Origin: an uncultured Planctomycetota bacterium
GTDB lineage: Bacteria > Planctomycetota > PLA2 > JAEUHO01
Assembly: GCA_963752285.1 (NCBI GenBank)
Contig: CAVVXN010000001.1
Coordinates: 768,001-832,000 of the forward strand
Length of the DNA stretch: 64,000 bases
Direction: 5' to 3'
The stretch's first letter is position 1; each line of letters opens with the position of its first letter. The position numbers and the translations under genes are program-made. Shown here piece by piece: positions 29,587-39,022 of this stretch. A model generated the notes under the pieces. The model worked only from the letters and a program-made list of their open reading frames with translations. It did no database searches and was not told the origin of the DNA.

Positions 29587-30345
29587 ATGGCCGACGCCGA
29601 CAGCTCCGCGGAACCGGTCGTCGTGGCCCGCGCGGTCCGACGGACGTTCGGCCGGGGGCGGCGGCTCGTCGAGGCCGTGTGCGAGCTCGGCTTCGAGCTC
29701 CGGCGGGGCGAGTGCCTCGGTCTCCTCGGCGCGAACGGGAGCGGCAAGAGCACGACCATCCGCGTCGTGCTGGGCCTCCTCGCGCCGTCCGGCGGACGGG
29801 TCGAGGTCTTCGGCGGCCCGGCGGGCGGGCGCGCGGCGCGGGCCCGGACGGGCTACGTCCCCGAGGAGGCGCGGCGCTTCGGCGACCTCGACGGACGCGA
29901 GACGGTCGCCCTCTTCGCGGCGCTCCAGGGCGTTCGCCCGCGCCGCGAGCGCCGGCGGCGCGTCGAAGAGGCGCTCGACGACGTCGGGCTCGAGGTCGCG
30001 GCCCGCCGCCGGCGCACCGGCACGTACTCCCGCGGGATGGCGCGACGCCTCGCCCTCGCCGCCGCGTGGGTGCACCGGCCCGACCTGCTCGTGCTCGACG
30101 AGCCGACGTCCGGCCTCGACCCGATCGGCACCGAAGAGGTACTCGCCCTGCTCGACCGCCACCGACGCGCGGGCGGCGCGACGCTGCTCTCGACCCACGA
30201 CCGGGTGACCGCCGAAGGCGCGTGCGACCGCGCTCTCGTGCTCGCGGCGGGGCGCGTCGCGCGGGAGGGCACTCTCGCGACGCTCCTCTCCGGCGACGAC
30301 ACGCCCTCGCTCCTCTCCCTCATCCGGGAGGCGCGCGGTGCGTGA
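29587..30345 (+). CDS. ABC transporter ATP-binding protein
   Basis: GANGSGKST, YSRGM signature, LDEPTSGLDP, STH. Confidence 0.92.
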   Translation: MADADSSAEPVVVARAVRRTFGRGRRLVEAVCELGFELRRGECLGLLGANGSGKSTTIRVVLGLLAPSGGRVEVFGGPAGGRAARARTGYVPEEARRFGDLDGRETVALFAALQGVRPRRERRRRVEEALDDVGLEVAARRRRTGTYSRGMARRLALAAAWVHRPDLLVLDEPTSGLDPIGTEEVLALLDRHRRAGGATLLSTHDRVTAEGACDRALVLAAGRVAREGTLATLLSGDDTPSLLSLIREARGA

Positions 30346-31447
30346 CCTCCTCGCGCTCGCCGGCCGCGACGTCCGGGCCCTCCTCCGCGGACGCGCGCCG
30401 CTCCGTCTCGCCGTCGCGCTCCTCCTCGCCGGGGCCCTGGTCGCGTACCTCGCGCGGTCCGGCGCGCCGGCGAGCGCCGTCGCGGCCGGACTCGCGCTCG
30501 TCCCGTCGCTCGCGGTCTTCGCGGGCGTCTCGGCGGCCAGCCTCCTCCCCGCGGACCGCGCCGCGGGACGCGAGGCGTGGCTCGCGACGACGCGCGCCAC
30601 CCCCGCGGCGCGTCGCCTCGCGCCCGCGTTCGCGGGCATGGCGGCCGCGCTCCTCGGCGCGCTCTCGTGCGCGCTCGTCGTGGGCCTCGCGCTGCTCGCC
30701 GTCGGCCGCGCACCGCGCGTTCGCGCGTGGGAGCGGCTGACGGTGCCGGGCGGGCCCGTGTCGGTCGCGCCCGCCGGGAAGGGCGGCCGCCCGCTCCTCC
30801 TCGAGACGCCCACGTCCGCGGGGACGCTCGTGGTGGACGTCCATCCCCGGTGGCGGCGGTGGGAGGAGGTCGAGCCGCGCCTCTCCGTCCGCTGGCACGT
30901 CGGCGGTCGCGAGGGGACCACGTCCTGGATCGCGGGGACGCCCCTTCGCGTGGACCTCGAGGCCGGCGGAACCGTGGCGCTCGAGAACGAGAGTGCGACG
31001 GCCGACCTCGTCGTGCGCGGCGCGCGGTGGCTCGAGGGGCCGCGGCCGTGGTCGCTCACGCTCCTCCTCGCGGGGCTCCTCGCGGGGGTCGTCGCCGCGG
31101 CGCTCGTGCCGCTCGCGGTGTGGCTCTCCCGGCTCGTGCGCGGGACCGCCGCGATCGCGCTCGTGGTCGTCCTCGGTCTGGCCAGCGCGCTCGCGCCGGC
31201 CCTCGCGGACCTGCTTCCGCCGCGCGCGTCCCCCGTCCAGGACCTCGCGCTCGAGGTGGTCCGCGTCGCCGCCCGCGCCGTGCCCGACCTCTCCGTGCTC
31301 CGCGCGTTCGCCGACCCCGCGGCGGGCCGCGCGCTCGACCCAAGCGCGCTCGCCCCGCTCGGGTGGGTCGTCGTCTACGCCGCGCTCGTCCTCCTCCTCG
31401 TCGCGCTGCCGCTGCCGCGGCGCGTCCTGCCCGAGGCGCCCCCGTGA
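30338..31447 (+). CDS. ABC-2-type permease-like membrane protein
   Basis: Multiple TM helices around a soluble loop, VPDLS motif, overlaps the ATPase. Confidence 0.7.
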   Translation: MRDLLALAGRDVRALLRGRAPLRLAVALLLAGALVAYLARSGAPASAVAAGLALVPSLAVFAGVSAASLLPADRAAGREAWLATTRATPAARRLAPAFAGMAAALLGALSCALVVGLALLAVGRAPRVRAWERLTVPGGPVSVAPAGKGGRPLLLETPTSAGTLVVDVHPRWRRWEEVEPRLSVRWHVGGREGTTSWIAGTPLRVDLEAGGTVALENESATADLVVRGARWLEGPRPWSLTLLLAGLLAGVVAAALVPLAVWLSRLVRGTAAIALVVVLGLASALAPALADLLPPRASPVQDLALEVVRVAARAVPDLSVLRAFADPAAGRALDPSALAPLGWVVVYAALVLLLVALPLPRRVLPEAPP

Positions 31448-32325
31448 TCCGCGACGTCCGCCTGCCGCTCGGTGTCCTCCTGGTCGTCGTGGGCGCCGCC
31501 TGCTTCCCGCGCCCCGCGGCGCCCGAGGGCGAGACCACCCTCGCGGCGCTCGGACGATCCGCCGGCGGCCTCACCGTCCTCGCCTCCGACGTCCTCTTCC
31601 TCCGCGCGGCCGCGTTGCGCCGCGAGGGCCGGCCCGAGGACGTGCCCGCTCTCTACCGGGCCGTTCTCGACCTCGAGCCCGACAACACCGCGGCCTCGGG
31701 CTTCCTCGTCGAGGTGCTCGCGTACGACCTTCTCGCGGAGGCGCCCGACGCCGAGGCGCGCGCGGGCTGGTGGCAGGCGGCGTACGACCTCCTCGCGCGC
31801 GCCCGCGCGCGGTCGCCCGACGACCCCTCGCTGCTCGTGCGCGAGGCGGAGCTGCTGATCGACGTCGTCGCGCTCCACCCCGATCTCGCGGCGCGCGCGG
31901 ACCGCGTCGCGGGCGATCACGTGCTCGCGGGCCTCCGACGGCTGCTCGAGGCCGCGAAGCGCACGCCCGACCTGCCCCGTCTCGGCCGCTGGCACCTCCA
32001 GCACCTCGCCGAGCTCGTCCCCGTCGTGGCGGCGGACCGTCTCGACGACGACCCCGAGCCGGTGCTCCGCCTCGGCGACCAGCTCCTCGCCGCGCGCGTG
32101 GACGAGCTCGGCGAGATGCGACGCATCGACCGCACGCCCGACGGCGAGCTGGAGATCGCGCGCGAGGACGAGCTCCTGGAGACCGCGATCCGTGCGCTTC
32201 GCGAGATCGTCGCGGCCGCGCCCGACCACGACCGGGACCGGGCGTGCCGCGCCCTCGCCCCGTGGCGCCGCCTCGTGCCGCACGACCCCACGGTCGCCCG
32301 CCTCGCCGCCTCGATCGGTTGCTGA
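31444..32325 (+). CDS. Membrane-anchored helical protein associated with the ABC module
   Basis: GTG start overlaps permease stop; GGLTVLASDVLFLRA, TPR-like LDLEPDN. Confidence 0.6.
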   Translation: MIRDVRLPLGVLLVVVGAACFPRPAAPEGETTLAALGRSAGGLTVLASDVLFLRAAALRREGRPEDVPALYRAVLDLEPDNTAASGFLVEVLAYDLLAEAPDAEARAGWWQAAYDLLARARARSPDDPSLLVREAELLIDVVALHPDLAARADRVAGDHVLAGLRRLLEAAKRTPDLPRLGRWHLQHLAELVPVVAADRLDDDPEPVLRLGDQLLAARVDELGEMRRIDRTPDGELEIAREDELLETAIRALREIVAAAPDHDRDRACRALAPWRRLVPHDPTVARLAASIGC

Positions 32326-32348
32326 ACCTACCCCGACCGGCCGTACGG

Positions 32349-32723
32349 TCAGGCGGGCGCGGTCTCGGGGAGGGGGAGGCGCGGCGCGTCGGCCCACAGG
32401 AGCTCGAGGTCGTAGAACGCGCGCGTCTCGGGCGTGAACACGTGGAGGACCACGTCCACGAAGTCCACGCAGATCCAGCTCCCGGCCTCCACGCCGGACT
32501 CGCTGAGCGGGCGCGTCCCCTCGCGCTTCGCCTCGCGGACGACCTGATCGGCGATGGACCGCGCCTGGCGTTCGCTCCGCGCCGTTACGACGAGGAGGAA
32601 GTCCATGTAGTCCACCAGCGTCCGGACGTCGAGTGCCACGATGTCCTCGGCGCGCGTCGCCCGCGCGAGGGCCGCGAGGCGCTGGACGAGGGCCTCGCTG
32701 TCGTACGCCGCCGATCCGGTCAT
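32349..32723 (-). CDS. rsfS: Ribosome silencing factor
   Basis: AEDIVALDV, WICVDFVDVVLHVF, RAFYDLELLW. Confidence 0.93.
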   Translation of the reverse strand: MTGSAAYDSEALVQRLAALARATRAEDIVALDVRTLVDYMDFLLVVTARSERQARSIADQVVREAKREGTRPLSESGVEAGSWICVDFVDVVLHVFTPETRAFYDLELLWADAPRLPLPETAPA

Positions 32724-32817
32724 CTTGCTCCGTGGGACGTGCGGGGCCGCATCGCCCCGCGGGACGGCATGGTCCCCGATCGGGCGGGGTCCGTCGGCGG
32801 GGGAGCCGGGGCGCGCC

Positions 32818-33444
32818 TCACAGCCGGTCGAGCGCGTCGAACTCCTGGAAGTCCACCACGCCGTCGTGGTTCGTGTCCGCCCGGCCGATGCGGTCGCCGA
32901 GGCTCTTCGTCTCGTCGGGCTGGAGGAGGCCGTCGCCGTTCAGGTCGATCGACTCGAAGGCGAGTCTCCGCTCGGTGGTCGGCTCGAGGTGGATCGAGTT
33001 CTTGGTCTGGAAGATCGCACCGACCGTGTCCCCGAGCGTTCCGATGCCGACGCCCACCTGGTCGAACCCATGGTTCCGGTCGGGCACGTACCGCCACCCG
33101 CGCCCCATCTGGTCGATCCGTCCGACCACCTCGCGACGGTTCTTCGAGGTGACCGTGTACGAGTCGTACACGGGCCCGCCGCGGAGCTGGCGGTACTGCG
33201 TCCGGATCAGGAGGCCCCGCTGGACGGGACGGCCGTTCCCGGTGTCCTCGAAGACCTTCGAGATCGAGACACGCTTGTCCACGAGCCAGTCCCCGCGGTC
33301 CAGGCGAACGGGGATCTCTCCCGCGCCGGGCGCCACCGTGAGCGCGGCCTGGGCGGAGGTGGGGCCGCCGTGCCCGGTCCGGCAGCCGGCGACCAGGAGC
33401 GCCGCGCCGAGTAGAGCCGCTCGAATCCGCCACGTGTAGGTCAT
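32818..33444 (-). CDS. Lipoprotein with C-terminal EF-hand pair
   Basis: Lipobox LVAGC; DLNGDGLLQPDE and DTNHDGVVDFQE. Confidence 0.75.
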   Translation of the reverse strand: MTYTWRIRAALLGAALLVAGCRTGHGGPTSAQAALTVAPGAGEIPVRLDRGDWLVDKRVSISKVFEDTGNGRPVQRGLLIRTQYRQLRGGPVYDSYTVTSKNRREVVGRIDQMGRGWRYVPDRNHGFDQVGVGIGTLGDTVGAIFQTKNSIHLEPTTERRLAFESIDLNGDGLLQPDETKSLGDRIGRADTNHDGVVDFQEFDALDRL

Positions 33445-33540
33445 CCGGGTCCTCCCGCCCGCGGGCCTAGGATACGGCCCCTCGTCGGCGATCGACAACC
33501 CGACCGGCCGATCCTCTTCGTCGAAGGCGCCCTGCCCGCC

Positions 33541-35511
33541 GTGACCGATCCGAACCCCGTCGCCGAGCTCGGAGGGCTTCTCGGGCCTTCCGGTCCCGTC
33601 GCGCGCGCGCTCGGCGGCACGGGCAAGGGATACGAGGCGCGCGCGGAGCAGATCGAGATGGCGGGCGCCGTCGCGTCGGCCCTGTCATCGACTCGTCACC
33701 TCGTCGTGGAGGCCGGGACCGGGGTCGGGAAGTCGTTCGCCTATCTCGTCCCGTTGCTCCACTTCGCCGCCGAGACCGGACGGACCGTCGCCGTCGCGAC
33801 GAGCACGATCGCCCTCCAGGAGCAGCTCGTCCGTCAGGACCTGCCGCTCCTCCAGGCGTGCCTCCCGTTCGAGGTCTCGTTCACGCTCGTCAAGGGCCGC
33901 GGGAACTACGTCTGCCTGCGCCGGCTCCACCTCGCCACGGACGACGCCGCGGCCCTCTTCGACGACGACGGCCCCCGCCGGGAGCTCGAGGCGATCCGGG
34001 CGTGGGCGCGGACCACCGCGGAGGGCAGCCGGCAGGACCTCCCGTTCCGCCCGCACCCCGCCGTCTGGGACCTCGTCCGTGCCGAGCAGGGCAACTGCAA
34101 GGGACGCGCGTGCTCCTTCTACGCCCGGTGCCCGTACCAGGCCTCGCGACGGCGCGCGCACGCGGTCCGCTGTCTGATCGTGAACCACCACGTCCTGATG
34201 GCGGACCTCGCGCTGCGCCGTTCGGGCGCGTCGTTCCTCCCCGAGGTCTCGGCCCTCGTCATCGACGAGGCCCACGACCTCGAGGACACGGCCGCCGAGC
34301 ACCTCGGCCTCCGTGTCTCGAGTCTCGGGACCGCGATCCTGCTCGGTCGCCTCTGGCAGCCGCGGACCGGGAAGGGGCTCCTCGCGGACCGCAACGAGTC
34401 CCTCCGCCGCGCCGTCGAGGGCGCGCGGCGGGCGTCGGACGGCTTCTTCGACGACCTCGGCGCGATCGTGCACGAGCACGGCGGGGGCCAGGGCCTCGTG
34501 GCCCTGGGCGACGGCTTCCCGGTCGAGGACCACCTGACGGACCGCCTCCACGACCTCGCGTCGCGGCTCCTCGAGACGGGGCGCACCGCGGCGGACGAGG
34601 ACCGAAGGATGGAGCTCCTCGCGCGGGGCCGCCAGATCGAGTCGTGGGCGGACGCGCTGGCGGACCTCGTCGTGCCGCAGCCGGGGCAGGTCCGCTGGCT
34701 CGAGCGGGCCGGCCGCGCGCACGTCGCGCTCACGAGCGCCCCGGTGGACGTCGGGCCGCTGCTCCACGAGGTCCTCTGGTCGAAGCTCGACACGGTGGTC
34801 CTGACGAGCGCGACCCTGGCGACGGGGCGCCCGCCGTCGTTCGCGTTCCTGCGTTCGCGCCTCGGCCTCGCGGACGCGGACGAGCTGGGCGTCGGGAGCC
34901 CCTTCGACTACCGCGCGCAGGCGCGGATCGTCGCGCGGCAGGACCTGCCCGACCCGGTCCGCGACCCCGCGGGCTTCGAGGCGGCGCTCCCGGCCGCCGT
35001 GCTGGAGGCCGTCCGCGAGTCGAAGGGCGGCGCGTTCGTCCTCTTCACGGGCTACGGCGCGATGCGCCGGACGGTGGACGAGATCCGCGCGGACCTCCAG
35101 GCGGACGGGCTCGAGGTGCTCGTGCAGGGCGAGGGCCTCGAGCGGCCCGCGCTGATCGAGCGGTTCCGGACGTGCGAGGCGGTCCTCTTCGGCGTGTCGT
35201 CGTTCTGGCAGGGCGTGGACGTGCCCGGGCGCGCGCTCCGCCACGTCGTGATCGCGCGCCTCCCGTTCGAGGTGCCGACGCACCCCCTCCAAGTGGCGCG
35301 GGCCGAGCGCGTGCGCGCGGAGGGCCGCGACCCCTTCCACCACCTCTCGCTGCCCGTAGCCGCGCTGCGCCTGAAGCAGGGCTTCGGGCGGCTGATCCGG
35401 CGCCGGGACGACACGGGGACCGTCACGATCCTCGATCCCCGGGTCCTCACGCGGGCCTACGGGCGTACGCTCCTCGAGAGCCTGCCGGCGTGTGAGGTGG
35501 TCCGCCGCTGA
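33541..35511 (+). CDS. DinG/YoaA-family Fe-S DNA helicase
   Basis: Q motif RAEQIEMA, EAGTGVGKS, KGRGNYVC, CKGRAC..C, IDEAH, LTSATL, FWQGVDVPG, KQGFGRLIR. Confidence 0.95.
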   Translation: MTDPNPVAELGGLLGPSGPVARALGGTGKGYEARAEQIEMAGAVASALSSTRHLVVEAGTGVGKSFAYLVPLLHFAAETGRTVAVATSTIALQEQLVRQDLPLLQACLPFEVSFTLVKGRGNYVCLRRLHLATDDAAALFDDDGPRRELEAIRAWARTTAEGSRQDLPFRPHPAVWDLVRAEQGNCKGRACSFYARCPYQASRRRAHAVRCLIVNHHVLMADLALRRSGASFLPEVSALVIDEAHDLEDTAAEHLGLRVSSLGTAILLGRLWQPRTGKGLLADRNESLRRAVEGARRASDGFFDDLGAIVHEHGGGQGLVALGDGFPVEDHLTDRLHDLASRLLETGRTAADEDRRMELLARGRQIESWADALADLVVPQPGQVRWLERAGRAHVALTSAPVDVGPLLHEVLWSKLDTVVLTSATLATGRPPSFAFLRSRLGLADADELGVGSPFDYRAQARIVARQDLPDPVRDPAGFEAALPAAVLEAVRESKGGAFVLFTGYGAMRRTVDEIRADLQADGLEVLVQGEGLERPALIERFRTCEAVLFGVSSFWQGVDVPGRALRHVVIARLPFEVPTHPLQVARAERVRAEGRDPFHHLSLPVAALRLKQGFGRLIRRRDDTGTVTILDPRVLTRAYGRTLLESLPACEVVRR

Positions 35512-35518
35512 CGTCGGG

Positions 35519-36583
<1,065 letters not shown>

Positions 36584-36703
36584 CGGGGCCCTCCGAGGTC
36601 GTGGGACGTACGACGCGTACGGTAGCGCCACGGGCCCCTCGGCAGGAGAAAAGCCGCCGAGCAGAGGGGCCTCCGACCCCGCCCCGCGGACCCCGGGAAG
36701 GGG

Positions 36704-38932
36704 TCAGGGGAGGGTGGGGTCGTAGGGCCGTCCGACGCGCACGCGGGCGTCGATCGCGAGGACCCCGTCGGGCCGCGCGACGATCGGGTTCATCTCGAGC
36801 TCGAGGATCTCCGGATGCTCGTCCACGAGGGCCGCGAAGCGCAGGAGCGCGGTCTCGAGGGCGTCGAGGTCCACGGGCCGCCCGCCGCGCGCGCCGACGA
36901 GCAGCGGCCACGCCTTGAGCCGCCTCAGCATCCGCTCGGCGAGGCGACGCGTGAGCGGGAGGATGCCGAATCGGACGTCCTTCATGACCTCCACGTGGAT
37001 GCCGCCGAGGCCGACCATGATCACGGGCCCGAACACCGGGTCCGCGCGGGCGCCCATCACGACCTCCACGCCGCCCTCGACCATCGGCTGCACGAGGAGC
37101 CGGTGGGGCGCGCCCGGCGCGTGACGTTCCGCGAGTGACGTGAGCCGGAACGCCGCCCCGAGGATCGTGTCGTCGCCGTCGAGGTGGAGCGCGACGCCGC
37201 CGACGTCGGACTTGTGCAGGAAGGCCTCGCCGTCGAGCTTCAGCGCCACGGGCGTCCCGAGCTCGTGCGCGGCCTGGACGGCTTCCTCGGGCGTGGCGAC
37301 CTGGCGGAACGGCGGGACCGGGATCTTCGCCGCGTCGAGAATCCTGAACGCGTCGCCGATCGGGAGCCACCGCCCCCGCTGGTCGATCCCGTGCGCGAAG
37401 AGGAGCGGGGCCGCGGTCTCCGGCGGGAGGTCCTCCGCGGACGGGCTCTCGACCGGTTCGCCGGCGGAGAGCACCGCGCGGATCCGGTCGTGGTCGATGT
37501 CGTCGAACGTCTCGGGCTGGCCGGGGTCGTCCTCGCGGAGGCGCTTCAGCCGGACGAGGTGGTCCGCGACCCTGACGGCTTCCTCGGGGTACGTGTAGAC
37601 GGGGAAGCCGCCGCCCTCCTGCACCATCGCCTCGACGACCTTCTCGCGCGCCATGAAGCAGCCGAAGACGGGCTTCGTCGCGCCGCGCGCCGCGCCGAAG
37701 ATGGCGGAGGCGACGTCCGTCGCGTTCACGTGCACGGGAGGCACGAAGATCGCGATCACCATGTCCACGCCCGGGTCCGCCATCACGAGCGGAAGGGCGA
37801 GACCGTACTCCTTGGCCCCCGCGCTCGCGACCATGTCCACCGGGTTCGCCACGCTCGCCTCGGGGACGAGGAACTCGCGGAGGCGCGCCTGGGTCTCGTC
37901 GCTCAGGCGCGCGAGGCCGAGGCCCCTCCCGACGAGGAAGTCCACGGCGAGCACCGCGGGCCCGCCCGCGTTCGTGACGATGGCGATCCGGTCGCCCGGC
38001 GGCAGGGGCTGGGTCGTGAGCGCCTGCGCGACGTCGAAGAGCGCGCGGACCGTGTCCACCCGGAGCATGCCCGTCTGCTCCATCAGCGCGTCCACCGCCA
38101 CGTCGGCGCCGGCCAGCGCGCCCGTGTGGCTCGAAGCGGCCTTCGCGGCCTCCGCGGTCCGACCCGCCTTCACGCAGAGGACGGCCTTCGTGCGGCTCAT
38201 CCGGCGCACCATGGGCACGAACTTGCGCGGGTTGCCGAACGACTCGAGGTACATGAGCACGACCTTCGTGTCGGGGTCGTTCTCCCAGTACGCGAGGAGG
38301 TCGTTGCCGCTCACGTCCGCGCGGTTCCCGATGCTCGCGAACATGCTGAGGCCGAGGTTCAGGTCCACGGCGTGGTCGATGATCGAAACGCCCATCGCGC
38401 CCGACTGCGAGAGGAACGCCACGGGACCGGGGCGCGGGAAGTTCGGGGCGATCGTGGCGTCGAGGCGCACGTCGGGGAGGGCGTTCAGGACGCCCATGCA
38501 GTTCGGCCCGACGAGGCGCATGCCGTGGGCGCGGCAGAGGTCCCTCAGGGCGCGCTCCCGCTCCGCGCCGACGGGGCCGATCTCGCGAAACCCCGCCGTG
38601 ATGACCACGATCGCCCGCACCCCGCCGTCTGCGCACGACCGGGCCACTTCGAGGACGCTCGGCGCCGGCACGCAGACCACCGCGAGGTCCACGGGGTCGG
38701 GGACCTCGGCGATCGAGGGATAGCACTTGACCGAGTGGATCGACTCGGCGTGCGGGTTGACCGGGAACACGGACCCCGTGAACCCGCCGTCGATGATGTT
38801 CTGGAGGACCTGGTTCCCCACGCTCCCGGGGTTCCGGCTGGCGCCGATGACGGCGACGCGCCGGGGGCGGAAGAGCGCGTCCAGGCCCTCACGGGCCGCG
38901 ACGACCTCCGGTTCCGCGACGGGACGCGCCAT
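36704..38932 (-). CDS. ADP-forming acyl-CoA synthetase, fused alpha/beta
   Basis: VAVIGAS, GPNCMG, SQSGA, SHTGALAG, NPVDM, HKSDVGGV, DPVFGP, ELEMNP. Confidence 0.92.
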   Translation of the reverse strand: MARPVAEPEVVAAREGLDALFRPRRVAVIGASRNPGSVGNQVLQNIIDGGFTGSVFPVNPHAESIHSVKCYPSIAEVPDPVDLAVVCVPAPSVLEVARSCADGGVRAIVVITAGFREIGPVGAERERALRDLCRAHGMRLVGPNCMGVLNALPDVRLDATIAPNFPRPGPVAFLSQSGAMGVSIIDHAVDLNLGLSMFASIGNRADVSGNDLLAYWENDPDTKVVLMYLESFGNPRKFVPMVRRMSRTKAVLCVKAGRTAEAAKAASSHTGALAGADVAVDALMEQTGMLRVDTVRALFDVAQALTTQPLPPGDRIAIVTNAGGPAVLAVDFLVGRGLGLARLSDETQARLREFLVPEASVANPVDMVASAGAKEYGLALPLVMADPGVDMVIAIFVPPVHVNATDVASAIFGAARGATKPVFGCFMAREKVVEAMVQEGGGFPVYTYPEEAVRVADHLVRLKRLREDDPGQPETFDDIDHDRIRAVLSAGEPVESPSAEDLPPETAAPLLFAHGIDQRGRWLPIGDAFRILDAAKIPVPPFRQVATPEEAVQAAHELGTPVALKLDGEAFLHKSDVGGVALHLDGDDTILGAAFRLTSLAERHAPGAPHRLLVQPMVEGGVEVVMGARADPVFGPVIMVGLGGIHVEVMKDVRFGILPLTRRLAERMLRRLKAWPLLVGARGGRPVDLDALETALLRFAALVDEHPEILELEMNPIVARPDGVLAIDARVRVGRPYDPTLP

Positions 38933-39022
38933 CCGAGCTCTCCTTCGGCGTTCGTGCGCGTCAACCGTACATCGCCCCACGCAAATCGGCGCGCGCGGAT
39001 GCGACCGGAGGAAGGTCCCTGG